Source of the DNA: Verrucomicrobiia bacterium | Lineage (GTDB): Bacteria > Verrucomicrobiota > Verrucomicrobiia > Palsa-1439 | Direction: 5' to 3' | DNA: 64,000 bases | Assembly: GCA_050015495.1 (NCBI GenBank) | Contig: JBEKBH010000006.1 | Location: 67,661-131,660 of the forward strand | In this document: piece after piece, positions 8,939 through 17,910 of the stretch | How the letters are laid out: each line of letters starts with the position of its first letter | Numbering within the stretch: the stretch's first letter is position 1 | Notes under the pieces: generated by a model | Told to the model about the DNA's origin: nothing | Seen by the model: only the letters and a program-made list of their open reading frames with translations | Databases searched by the model: none | Translations under genes and position numbers: made by a program

Positions 8939-10390
8939 TTGAGCAAGACACTGAAATCGAGAGCGCTCGGCGCTGTGATGTGGAGCGCGGCCGAGCAATT
9001 CAGTTCGCAGGGCGTGCGGTTTGTCATTGGGATTTTTCTGGCCCGGCTTCTCCTTCCGGAACAGTTTGGTTTGCTGGGAATGATCGCCGTCTTCCTGGGA
9101 GTCGCCCAGGTGTTTGCGAGTTGCGGTTTTGGGCAGGCCCTGATCCAACGACAGGACGCCACCCAATTGGATGAAAGTTCCATCTTCTACGTAAACGTAT
9201 TCCTGGGATTGATCGCCGCACTCGGTCTGTTTCTGGCCGCGCCATGGGTCGCCGCGCTCTACAAGCAGCCTCCGCTGCTATCGCTGACCCGGATCATGGC
9301 GGCGGACGTCTTGATCAACGCGTTCGGGGTTGTGCAAACGGCGCTGCTCACGAAGAAAATGGACTTCAAAACCCAGCTCAAGATCAGCATAACGGCAAAT
9401 TCGGTGTCGGGAGTCGCGGCGGTGTTCCTGGCGATGCGCGGGATGGGTGTGATGAGCCTCGCGGCACAAATCTTAATTGCCGACACGTTGCGGACGGTGA
9501 TGTTGTGGACGTCGCATGTATGGCGGCCGTCGCCGGTGTTCAGCCTCGCTTCGGTTCGCCGGTTGTTTTCCTTCGGATCGCGCATGTTCGCCTCGGGCAT
9601 GCTGTACGTGGTGTTTCAAAATCTCTATCCCTTTACCATCGGCAAGCTGTTTGCTGCGGCGTCCCTCGGTTACTACACTCGGGCCAGTTCGACACAGGAA
9701 ATGGTGTCGTCCAACCTGGTCAACGTGGTGGGGCGGGTTTCGTTTCCGTTGTTTTCGGCGCTGCAACACGACGTGGCAAGCATGAAACGGGCGGTACGGA
9801 AGGCGTTGATGTCCATCGCGTTTGTCAGTTTTCCCGCCCTCATGGGTCTGGGGTGTACCGCGGTGCCGCTGGTGCGGGTGCTGATCACCGACAGGTGGCT
9901 GCCGTCGGCAGGGCTGATTCCCATCTTTTGCGTGGCGGGTGCGGTGACCGTGCTGGATTCCATCCATTTGAACGCGTTGATGGCCTTGGGAAGGTCTGAC
10001 CTGTTTTTCCGTTTGGAGATGATCAAGAAGGGCCTGATCATCTTGGCAATTATCACGACGTATCACTACGGCATTCTCGGACTGGTCTGGGGGCAGGCTT
10101 GCGTGGCTGTGCTCTGCTATTTCATCAACGCGTTCTACTCCGTCCGGCTGTTGTCATACTCGTGGCGAGAGCAATTCGTGGACCTGCTTCCCTATCTGAG
10201 CATCTCCGGGTTGATGGGACTGATCGTGGTGGCGACCAACGTGCTGCTCGGCATAAAGAGTCCCGCGGTATTGTTGTGCGTCCAAATTGCGCTGGGTGGC
10301 GTCGCGTACGCCACCGGGTCCGTCTTGTTGCGTGTCTCGGCGCTGGTCGACACGTGGAAGTTGGTCCAGGAGCGAATGGTTCTTTCGTGA
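8939..10390 (+). CDS. wzx: Wzx-type polysaccharide flippase (MOP superfamily)
   Basis: 12-14 TM helices. N-terminal ...LGAVMWSAAEQFSSQGVRFVIGIFLARLL typical of polysaccharide biosynthesis flippases. Apparent TTG start at 8939 with ggaagg RBS. First ATG is at 8978. Confidence 0.75.
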   Translation: MSKTLKSRALGAVMWSAAEQFSSQGVRFVIGIFLARLLLPEQFGLLGMIAVFLGVAQVFASCGFGQALIQRQDATQLDESSIFYVNVFLGLIAALGLFLAAPWVAALYKQPPLLSLTRIMAADVLINAFGVVQTALLTKKMDFKTQLKISITANSVSGVAAVFLAMRGMGVMSLAAQILIADTLRTVMLWTSHVWRPSPVFSLASVRRLFSFGSRMFASGMLYVVFQNLYPFTIGKLFAAASLGYYTRASSTQEMVSSNLVNVVGRVSFPLFSALQHDVASMKRAVRKALMSIAFVSFPALMGLGCTAVPLVRVLITDRWLPSAGLIPIFCVAGAVTVLDSIHLNALMALGRSDLFFRLEMIKKGLIILAIITTYHYGILGLVWGQACVAVLCYFINAFYSVRLLSYSWREQFVDLLPYLSISGLMGLIVVATNVLLGIKSPAVLLCVQIALGGVAYATGSVLLRVSALVDTWKLVQERMVLS

Positions 10391-10443
10391 CCGCATAACG
10401 CGGTGGGGCGTAACGCGACAAATCGATTGCTTTGGCAGGACAA

Positions 10444-11286
10444 ATGAACGTGGTGGGTCGTCTGGTGAAACTTTCGGTAAGTATCGTGGTCGCGGCGGGT
10501 GACATGGTGATCAGGGGATTGCGCGTTGGCCGGGTGCCAGGGTATTGCGTGGTCATTAACTATCATTCGGTCTCCGACAAGTCCGCACCGTTGTTGCGCA
10601 AGCAATTGGACGCACTATCGCAAATGGCGCGGCCCCTGCGGGCGGCCGTCCCGTCGACTCTGGAAATCGGGGCGCGTTACGTGGCCATAACGGCTGACGA
10701 TGCGTTCTGCAGTTTCACGGAGAACGCCTTACCAGAGCTTTGCACGCGCGGGATACCGGTGACAGTGTTCGTTCCGACGGGGTATGTGGGACGTAAATCA
10801 GCCTGGGACGATTATGGCGGCGAAAACCGCGTCGGGGAATGGGTGGCCACCGCGGAGGACCTCCGTCGTCTGGCCAGTTGGGAAACCGTGGATTTCGGTT
10901 CGCATTGTGCGTCGCACCCGGACCTGCCACGGCTATCGGAGGTGGAAGCCGCCCGAGAACTGCGGGAATCGAAGGCCGCGCTGGAAGCGATGGTGGGACG
11001 CAAAGTTGTCGCCGTGAGCTTCCCCTATGGAAACTATGGTTCGCGGGAATTGAAGCTCGCGGCCGAAGCGGGATACGAATTCTTTTTTGATTCCACGCCG
11101 CAGAGCGTGTCGTCGGCAATGCGGGGAGGTCTCATGGGACGGGTGTCCGTGCAGCCAACCGACTGGGGTATCGAATTCCGGCTCAAGTTGTTGGGCGCAT
11201 ATCGGTGGGTGAGATGGGGCTCGGCCGTCAAGCGGCGCGTGTTGACGTCGCTCGGTCGCCAGCCGATACCGGTGGTGAGAAACTAG
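10444..11286 (+). CDS. Polysaccharide deacetylase (CE4/NodB-homology domain)
   Basis: ...AITADDAF..., HCASHPDL, FPYGNYG motifs. First ATG at 10444 (ORF track start 10432 is TTG). Confidence 0.75.
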   Translation: MNVVGRLVKLSVSIVVAAGDMVIRGLRVGRVPGYCVVINYHSVSDKSAPLLRKQLDALSQMARPLRAAVPSTLEIGARYVAITADDAFCSFTENALPELCTRGIPVTVFVPTGYVGRKSAWDDYGGENRVGEWVATAEDLRRLASWETVDFGSHCASHPDLPRLSEVEAARELRESKAALEAMVGRKVVAVSFPYGNYGSRELKLAAEAGYEFFFDSTPQSVSSAMRGGLMGRVSVQPTDWGIEFRLKLLGAYRWVRWGSAVKRRVLTSLGRQPIPVVRN

Positions 11287-11293
11287 GGGTTCC

Positions 11294-12400
11294 ATGCGCA
11301 GTCAGGTGGAAATTGATCGGGTGACGGCGGCGGAATGGGCCGAACTGTTGGAATTGTTTGTCGACGCCAATGTGTACCAGACCTGGAGTTTCGCCGCGAT
11401 TCGCTGGGGTGAGGGCAATCTGAGCCATGTCGTGCTCAAGCAGGGCGGCGATGTGGTCGGGATTGCGCAGGTCCGGATCGCTTGTGTGCCGGTGGTGGGC
11501 TGTGGAATCGCCTATCTCCGCTGGGGGCCGTTGTGCCACCGGCGGGGACGGGAACTTGATCCCGAAGTTCTGCGAGACATGGGACAGGCGCTCCAGACGG
11601 AATACGTCGAGCGTCGGAGGTTGTTTCTGCGGGTTCTGCCGAATGCATTCATCGGATCGCCCCGTGCCGAATTGTTCCAGACCGAATTCTCCCAGTTCAA
11701 GGCAGAACCCGCCAACAAGGTCAACACGTACCACACCATCGTCGTCGACCTGTCGGGCACGCTCGACGAGTTGCGCAAGCGGCTCGATCAGAAGTGGAGA
11801 AACCAATTGAACCGGGCCGAGAAAAACGGCCTGCAGATCGCCGAGGGGACCGGTATCGAGGAATACCGGGTATTCGCGGCAGTCTACAAGGAAATGTGGG
11901 AACGCAAACGGTTTGATACGTCGGTGGACGTGGACGAGTTTGGCTGCATTCAGGAAGGACTGCCCGAAAGCCAGCGGATGAGGGTGTTGATCTGTCGTCA
12001 GGGCGACACCCCTGTCGCCGGGATTGTTTGTTCCGCCATGGGCGACACCGGAATCTACTTGCTCGGGGCGACCAGCGATGACGGCTTGCAGTCCAAAGGC
12101 GCTTACCTTCTTCAATGGACCATGATCCGCTGGCTCAAAGAACACGGATTTCGCTATTACGATCTGGGGGGAATCGATTCCGCGTCCAATCCAGGTGTCT
12201 ACCATTTCAAGAGCGGCCTTTCGGGAAGCGACGTTCGCCACATGGCCCCATTTGCGGCGTGCAACAGCCTCCTGGGATCCGCGTTCGTGAAGGCGGTCGA
12301 CCTCGTGCGCCAGCGGCGGGGCGGAGATCGTCATGTGGCCCAAAGTCGACCCCAACGCCCGAAGTCGGAACCCCTGCCCGGAACAGAACCTGTCCGCTAG
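11294..12400 (+). CDS. FemAB-related protein (Acetyltransf_6/FemAB fold). Resembles the PEP-CTERM-system-associated FemAB family.
   Basis: C-terminal GIYLLGATSDD...YLLQWTMIRWLKEHGFRYYDLGGI pattern of the FemAB/GNAT-like family. Position right after the deacetylase in the EPS locus. Confidence 0.65.
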   Translation: MRSQVEIDRVTAAEWAELLELFVDANVYQTWSFAAIRWGEGNLSHVVLKQGGDVVGIAQVRIACVPVVGCGIAYLRWGPLCHRRGRELDPEVLRDMGQALQTEYVERRRLFLRVLPNAFIGSPRAELFQTEFSQFKAEPANKVNTYHTIVVDLSGTLDELRKRLDQKWRNQLNRAEKNGLQIAEGTGIEEYRVFAAVYKEMWERKRFDTSVDVDEFGCIQEGLPESQRMRVLICRQGDTPVAGIVCSAMGDTGIYLLGATSDDGLQSKGAYLLQWTMIRWLKEHGFRYYDLGGIDSASNPGVYHFKSGLSGSDVRHMAPFAACNSLLGSAFVKAVDLVRQRRGGDRHVAQSRPQRPKSEPLPGTEPVR

Positions 12401-12443
12401 GCCGGCGAGAAGAATTGAACCTCGGAGTTTCGTCATAGCTGTC

Positions 12444-13409
12444 ATGGATGTATCGGTCATCATTGTGAATTGGAACGCCCGGCGGTATTTGGAGGAATGC
12501 CTGGCCAGCGTGTACGAATCGAGTGCGCCGTCGGTGCCGGAAGTGATTGTCGTGGACAACGCCTCGACGGATGGGTCGCCGGAAATGGTGGAAGAGCGCT
12601 TCCCGGACGTGAAGCTGGTGCGATGTCGAGAGAACCTCGGGTTTGCCAGGGCCAACAATATCGGGATCAAAGAGAGCCAGGGGCGCCATATCGCGTTGGT
12701 CAACTCGGATGTGAAGCTGTTGGGACGGTGTTTGGACACGCTGGCGACGTTTCTGGATCAGAATCCAAAGATCGGGCTGGTGGGTCCGCGGATTCTCAAC
12801 GCGGATTTGACGTTGCAGAGCAGTTGCCGACAATTTCCCAACCCGTGGAACACCTTGTGTTCGGCAACCGGCCTAGCGCGGTTGACGAGCCGCCACAAAG
12901 TTCTCAGCGGCGAACACATGCTGTATTTCCGACATGATCGGGTTCGCCCCGTGGACGTGCTGGTGGGCTGCTTCTGGATGATGCGCCGCGAAGCGTGGGG
13001 GACGGTGGGGGTGCTCGACGAGCAATTCTTCATCTTCGCGGAAGATGTGGACTGGTGCCGACGCTGTTGGAACGCCGGATGGGAGATTGTTTTCTGCCCC
13101 GACGCGCAGGCGATCCATCACCGCGGAGGCAGTTCGGTGAACGACCCCGTCCGGTTCGCGGTGGAACAACAGCGCGCCGTGCTGCGTTACTGGCGGAAAC
13201 ATCACGGGATTCTGGGCCGCCTGTACATGGTGGCCCTCTTGGGTTTCGGACAGCTCCTGCGATATCTCTCGGCGTTCGTCTCGACACTCGTGCGACGGTC
13301 GGCACCGTCAGACGGTCGGCTGCGCATGCGCAAAGCCAGCGCGTGCTTGCGGGCTTCTTTTGGCAGGGATTGCTCCCGGGCGTCGGGGGGCGTGGGAGCA
13401 TCCGGGTGA
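12444..13409 (+). CDS. Glycosyltransferase family 2 (rhamnosyltransferase-like)
   Basis: MDVSVIIVNWNARRYLEECL...VIVVDNASTDGS...VNSDV motifs. ATG 12444 inside the longer 12333 ORF. Confidence 0.8.
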   Translation: MDVSVIIVNWNARRYLEECLASVYESSAPSVPEVIVVDNASTDGSPEMVEERFPDVKLVRCRENLGFARANNIGIKESQGRHIALVNSDVKLLGRCLDTLATFLDQNPKIGLVGPRILNADLTLQSSCRQFPNPWNTLCSATGLARLTSRHKVLSGEHMLYFRHDRVRPVDVLVGCFWMMRREAWGTVGVLDEQFFIFAEDVDWCRRCWNAGWEIVFCPDAQAIHHRGGSSVNDPVRFAVEQQRAVLRYWRKHHGILGRLYMVALLGFGQLLRYLSAFVSTLVRRSAPSDGRLRMRKASACLRASFGRDCSRASGGVGASG

Positions 13410-13420
13410 GCGTGGCTCGA

Positions 13421-14119
13421 ATGAGATTTCAGGATCCGATGAATCGCGCTCTCTCGTATTGGCAGCGACATGGCGTCGCGGCGACCCTCCGCCGCGCGTG
13501 GCTGGGGCTGGGCCGGGTGGTCTGCGGCAATGGGCTCATTCTATTCTCCTGTGATTTGGCGGTGTTGCCGGCGCGGAAGAATGGCCCGATGGATGATCTC
13601 AAATTCGAGCGCAAAACCCGGGAGGCGGACCTGGACGCGCGTGACCGGGAACAGATCGTCAATTTCTGGAACCCGGACGCCACCGGGCGACAGATCACGG
13701 AACGGTTTGCAAAGGGGGCGTCTCTCTGGCTGGTCCGGGCCGAGGGCCAGTTGGCCGGATACGGCTGGACGCTCGTCGCCGACACGATGGAACCCCACTA
13801 CGTTTCGCTGGGACCGGAGGACGTGCATCTTTTCGATTTCCTCGTGTTCCCAGATTTCCGCGGGCGGGGAATCAACCCCGCTCTCGTCGTCCATGTCTTG
13901 GAAACGGTTGCCGGCGAGGGAAAACGCCGGGCGTTGATCGAAGCCGCCGAGTGGAACACCGCGCAATTGTCATCCCTGCGCCGGACACCATTTCAGAAGT
14001 TGGGTGTGGTACGGAAGCGCGGTTTGTTTGGCAAACCGTCGGTGGTGTGGAGTAGCCAGGACCTGCCTCGGCGCGCGGTTGATGATGCGGCGATGAACAA
14101 CGGGAAGGGCCGATCATGA
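13421..14119 (+). CDS. GNAT-family N-acetyltransferase
   Basis: Acetyl-CoA-binding-type segment FDFLVFPDFRGRGINPALVVHVLE. ATG 13421 chosen because the longer 12995 ORF overlaps the upstream GT2. Confidence 0.55.
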   Translation: MRFQDPMNRALSYWQRHGVAATLRRAWLGLGRVVCGNGLILFSCDLAVLPARKNGPMDDLKFERKTREADLDARDREQIVNFWNPDATGRQITERFAKGASLWLVRAEGQLAGYGWTLVADTMEPHYVSLGPEDVHLFDFLVFPDFRGRGINPALVVHVLETVAGEGKRRALIEAAEWNTAQLSSLRRTPFQKLGVVRKRGLFGKPSVVWSSQDLPRRAVDDAAMNNGKGRS

Positions 14120-15039
14120 CGAAACCCCGATTCAGTGTGGTGGTTCCCGTGTACAACCGCGAGCGGCTCGTCGGTCCAACCATTGATTCGGTGCTGGCGC
14201 AGACGTTCACGGATTACGAACTGATCGTGGTTGACGACGGATCGACCGACGGCACGCCTGAGGTGCTGCGATCGTATGGAACGAAGATCAAAGCCGTTCG
14301 TCAGGCGAACCAGGGACCGGAAGTCGCCCGCGGCCGGGGCATCGCCCTGGCGACCGGAGAGTACGTGGCGTTGCTGGACAGCGACGACCTTCTCTGGCCC
14401 CACGCGTTGGAGATCTACGATCGAATCATTCGCGCCTGCCAGTCACCGGGGTTGATCCTGGGCGCCACGACGTACTTCGAAGATGGACAGATCCCGCATC
14501 CCGACGGAGACGGAGCCGGCGACATCGAGGTCTTCCAGTACCGCGACTACATGGCAAAGGACGTGCCGGTCGGCCTGTACGGCAGCAGCGTGGTGACGAA
14601 GAAGTCGGTCTTCGACCAGGCGGGCGGACTGCGCCAGAGTACGCCCACAACATTTCACATGGACATGCTGGATACCATGCTGCGCATCGGGGTTTACGGG
14701 CCGTGCGTGGTGGTGAAGCGGCCCGCGACCATCGCGTATCGGGTGCACAAGACGAATTCCATCCGCGATATCCAGGGAGTGGCCAACGGCGTTTTCCCGA
14801 TTATTGACGCCGAGCGGCGCGGACAGTACCCGGGCGGTCCGTCTCGGCGATTCGAGCGGTACGCGTGCATTGGCGGCGTAGCGTGGTGTTGGTTCAAGTA
14901 CGCGCTGGCGGATCGCCAGATCCGCATTGTTGGCAAATACATGATCCATTGCAGCCCGATGATCGCGGCGGGTGCCCTCAAGAAACTTTGGGGACGCGTA
15001 CGCGGGGCGAGTCGCCCTGTGTGCGTGCCTCGTGGCTAG
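14116..15039 (+). CDS. Glycosyltransferase family 2 (paralog A)
   Basis: FSVVVPVYNRERLVGPTIDSVLAQTFTDYELIVVDDGSTDGT...LDSDD. ATGA start/stop overlap with the upstream GNAT gene. Confidence 0.85.
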   Translation: MTKPRFSVVVPVYNRERLVGPTIDSVLAQTFTDYELIVVDDGSTDGTPEVLRSYGTKIKAVRQANQGPEVARGRGIALATGEYVALLDSDDLLWPHALEIYDRIIRACQSPGLILGATTYFEDGQIPHPDGDGAGDIEVFQYRDYMAKDVPVGLYGSSVVTKKSVFDQAGGLRQSTPTTFHMDMLDTMLRIGVYGPCVVVKRPATIAYRVHKTNSIRDIQGVANGVFPIIDAERRGQYPGGPSRRFERYACIGGVAWCWFKYALADRQIRIVGKYMIHCSPMIAAGALKKLWGRVRGASRPVCVPRG

Positions 15040-15160
15040 AAGACGCAACACAGGGAAACCGGGGTCAGCGAAGTTATGAGCAGCTCATCAGGAAAATTGC
15101 GTCCCGGCGATGTTGTCGAAGTGCGACCGTGGCCGGAGATTCGCGCGACGCTGCATCAGG
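14735..15160. repeat. Copy 1 of a diverged (~85-90% identity) ~425-bp segmental duplication. Covers the GT2-A 3' end, the intergenic region and the start of the downstream gene.
   Basis: Direct alignment by eye with 17478..17910 (e.g. ttcgagcggtacgcgtgcattggcggcgtagcgtggtgttggttcaagtacgcgctgg versus tttgagcgctacgcgtgcattggtggagttgcttggtgttggttcaagtacgcgctgg). Confidence 0.7.
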
Positions 15161-15222
15161 GCCAGGGACAACATAGGGACATAAACACCGGCAATTCCGA
15201 TGCAAAAAGTGAGCCCAGGTAG
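15076..15222 (+). pseudogene. 48-codon remnant of the 5' end of a paralog of the 17825..19183 gene
   Basis: MSSSSGKLRPGDVVEVRPWPEIRATL is near-identical to the N-terminus of the 17825 protein (MSSSLEKLRPGDVVEVRPWPEIRATL). It then diverges and stops. Confidence 0.5.
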
Positions 15223-15231
15223 GACAAGGCA

Positions 15232-16230
15232 ATGAAACCACGGTTCAGTGTGGTGATCCCGGCCTACAACCGGCAGAAGCTCGTCGGTGCAACGATTGAT
15301 TCCGTGCTGGCGCAGACGTTCACGGATTACGAGTTGATCGTGGTGGACGACGGATCGACGGACGGCACGACCGAAGTGCTTCGATCCTACGGGGCGAGAA
15401 TCAGCGTCATCCAGCAAGCAAATCAGGGGCCGGAAGTCGCCCGCAACACGGGAGCCTCCGCGGCGAATGGCGAATACCTCGCGTTTCTGGACAGCGACGA
15501 CCTTCTGCTTCCCTGCGCTTTGGCGACCTACGAGCGCGTCATCCAGGAGTTAGGTTCGCCAGCATTGGTGATTGGAACCGTGACCCATTTCGAGGATGGG
15601 CAGGCCGTGCATGCGGACGCCAGCGCTACCAAGGCCATCGAGTTACTGCGATTTCGTGACTACTTGGCCAAAGATGTGGCCATCAGTCTGTACGGCAGCA
15701 ACGTAGTGATAAAGAGGTCCATTCTCGACCAAGCAGGCGGATTGCGAACAAGCACGCCCACGACGTTTTATTTGGATATCTGGGATATGATGCTCCGCTT
15801 GGGAACCTACGGACCTTGCGTGTTGGTGAGACGGCCGGCGACGGTGGCTTATCGGTTTCACAACACGAACGCCGTTCGCAACGTGGAAGCGATGGTCAAA
15901 GGCATGTCGCGTTTGATCGAGGCCGAGCGGAGAGGACAATACCCGGGCGGGCGATCCCGCAGGTTTGTCCGATATGCCTGCCTTGGTGGCATGTCTTGGA
16001 GTTTGTTCAGCTATGCGCTGAAAAGCCGTCGTCCCAGATTGGGGTTTGGAGCCCTTCTCCGGAACAGTCCGGTGATCTTGGCCGGCGTGATGAAGAAATT
16101 ATGGTGTCGACTTCGCCGAACCAGCTCGGTGTTGCGGCTGCCGGAAGCCTGCGAAACAGAGAGAACGATGAAGAGTGAGAACCCTCCCGGGGGCGGCTTT
16201 GATTCCGTGAAAGTTGCGGACGGGCGCTGA
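15232..16230 (+). CDS. Glycosyltransferase family 2 (paralog B of the 14116 gene)
   Basis: MKPRFSVVIPAYNRQKLVGATIDSVLAQTFTDYELIVVDDGSTDGT. Same architecture and about 65% identity to GT2-A. Confidence 0.85.
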   Translation: MKPRFSVVIPAYNRQKLVGATIDSVLAQTFTDYELIVVDDGSTDGTTEVLRSYGARISVIQQANQGPEVARNTGASAANGEYLAFLDSDDLLLPCALATYERVIQELGSPALVIGTVTHFEDGQAVHADASATKAIELLRFRDYLAKDVAISLYGSNVVIKRSILDQAGGLRTSTPTTFYLDIWDMMLRLGTYGPCVLVRRPATVAYRFHNTNAVRNVEAMVKGMSRLIEAERRGQYPGGRSRRFVRYACLGGMSWSLFSYALKSRRPRLGFGALLRNSPVILAGVMKKLWCRLRRTSSVLRLPEACETERTMKSENPPGGGFDSVKVADGR

Positions 16231-16285
16231 TGATGGGCCGGAAACCGCGTTTTGGCTGCTGCCAATGACAACATCCTGCGCAAAC

Positions 16286-17437
16286 ATGACTGTCTCGGGC
16301 GTGGAATTGATCCAATCGAACCTGAAGAGTCGGTATGTGTTAGTGTGCTCTCGGAAGATTGATGGACGTGTGGCGGCCGGTTGGATGTCGCGTGAACTGG
16401 AAGACTCCGTCTGGGACAACTTTCTTCAGGGGACTCCACTGGGGCATTTTGAGCAGTCGAGCTGGTGGGCACGAGCCAAGCGCATCGAAGGCTGGCGGCC
16501 AATTCGGATGATACTCACGGTGGATGACCAAATCGCCGGGGGCTTCCAAATACTGGCGCGGGACACTCGCTTTGGCGGTGTTGGGCACATTTATAAGGGG
16601 CCTGTGGTTGCGCCCGAAGAACCCGCTTTGCTTGATTTTCTGATCGAACTTGTTGCCTCGGCCTCCAAAGCCAACCATCTGCGGGCGCTGGTAGTCCAAC
16701 CTGCGGACGGGAGCACGATTGAAGGGGCGCGGTTGGCGTACCATCGGTTTTTGCCCAACTATCTTGCCACTGTCATTTCCGCCACGCTGGTTGTGGATCT
16801 CTCTGGTGGGCTGGACGAGATCAAAGGGCGAATGCGTCGAGCCACTTGGTCGCAGATCAGACAAGCCGAGGAGAGAGGGATCACGATACGTGAGGGCGGT
16901 GAACAGGATATCGGGACATTCTTCTCGTTGATGGCAGCGACGTGCCAGCGGCAGCGGACCAGGCCCGCTCCGGCGACAGAATCGGCCATACTGGAGATTT
17001 GGAAGGCGTTTCACCCCCATGATTGTATTCGGCTTTCTTTCGCTCAGTTCGAAGGAAAGTCTATTGCCGGTGCGCTCTGTCTCTGCTTTGGTCAGAGGGT
17101 TGTCGCTTGGAAAAGAGGATGGTCAGGAGAGCATCGCGAGCGGCGTCCCAACCAACTATTGATGTTTGAAGCGATTGAGTGGTCCCATCGTCATGGCTAC
17201 AAGGTATTCGATTTTGGCGGACTAAGCCGTGAGATCGCCGTGACACTGTCGCATGGTGAACCTCTTTCAGAAAGCCAAAAGAATAGCGGTGACTTCTTTC
17301 ATCTTGGTTACGGGGGCAGGCCGGTGTTGTTCTCGAAATCACAGGTCTACATCGACAATTCCTTCGCCCGATTCGCCTATAAGACTGCAGGTACTAACGC
17401 ATGGCTTCGGGCGCTGGTGGGGAACGCGTTGAAATGA
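16286..17437 (+). CDS. FemAB/Acetyltransf_6-like (GNAT-fold) protein
   Basis: C-terminal ...IAGALCLCFGQRVVAWKRGWS...NQLLMFEAIEWSHRHGYKVFDFGGL matches the FemAB/BioF2-like acetyltransferase pattern. Alternative starts at 16265 and 16214. Confidence 0.6.
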   Translation: MTVSGVELIQSNLKSRYVLVCSRKIDGRVAAGWMSRELEDSVWDNFLQGTPLGHFEQSSWWARAKRIEGWRPIRMILTVDDQIAGGFQILARDTRFGGVGHIYKGPVVAPEEPALLDFLIELVASASKANHLRALVVQPADGSTIEGARLAYHRFLPNYLATVISATLVVDLSGGLDEIKGRMRRATWSQIRQAEERGITIREGGEQDIGTFFSLMAATCQRQRTRPAPATESAILEIWKAFHPHDCIRLSFAQFEGKSIAGALCLCFGQRVVAWKRGWSGEHRERRPNQLLMFEAIEWSHRHGYKVFDFGGLSREIAVTLSHGEPLSESQKNSGDFFHLGYGGRPVLFSKSQVYIDNSFARFAYKTAGTNAWLRALVGNALK

Positions 17438-17461
17438 AGACATTCACAGGGATCCAGAGTC

Positions 17462-17797
17462 GTGGCAAAACGGGAGGCCTTTGCCTATCGGGTGCACCAG
17501 ACCAATTTGATCTGTGACATCTCGGGAGTGGCCAACGGTGTGTTCCCGATTATTCGTGCGAAACGGCAAGGGCAATACCCGGGTGGTTCATCACGGCGAT
17601 TTGAGCGCTACGCGTGCATTGGTGGAGTTGCTTGGTGTTGGTTCAAGTACGCGCTGGGAGTGCGCCAGATGCGCGTTATTGGCAAGTACATACTCCATTG
17701 TGGACCAATGATTGTGGCGGGTGCACTGAAGAAAATGTGGGGGCGCATACGCGGGGCCAGTCGCCCCGTGTGCGTGCCTCGTGATTGGGAAACATAA
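17462..17797 (+). pseudogene. C-terminal fragment (last ~105 aa) of a GT2 paralog. Gene remnant.
   Basis: Aligns to residues ~205-307 of GT2-A (GVANGVFPII.A.R.GQYPGG.SRRFERYACIGGVAWCWFKYAL). There is no N-terminal catalytic domain. Confidence 0.55.
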
Positions 17798-17910
17798 CAC
17801 AGGGAAACTGGGGTCAGCGAAGTTATGAGCAGCTCATTAGAAAAATTGCGTCCCGGCGATGTGGTCGAAGTGCGACCGTGGCCGGAGATTCGTGCGACGC
17901 TGGACGAGAA
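17478..17910. repeat. Copy 2 of the ~425-bp segmental duplication (see 14735..15160)
   Basis: See copy 1. Confidence 0.7.

Noticed and set aside
11228-12739. 503-aa ORF on the minus strand, antisense to the FemAB-like and GT2 genes
   Set aside because: Typical high-GC antisense open frame. Low-complexity Arg/Pro/Gly-rich translation with no motifs. The sense-strand genes have clear family signatures.
12995-13420. N-terminal extension of the GNAT gene (ORF track start 12995)
   Set aside because: It would overlap 415 bp of the upstream GT2 gene in another frame. ATG at 13421, just after the GT2 stop, gives a normal-size GNAT protein.
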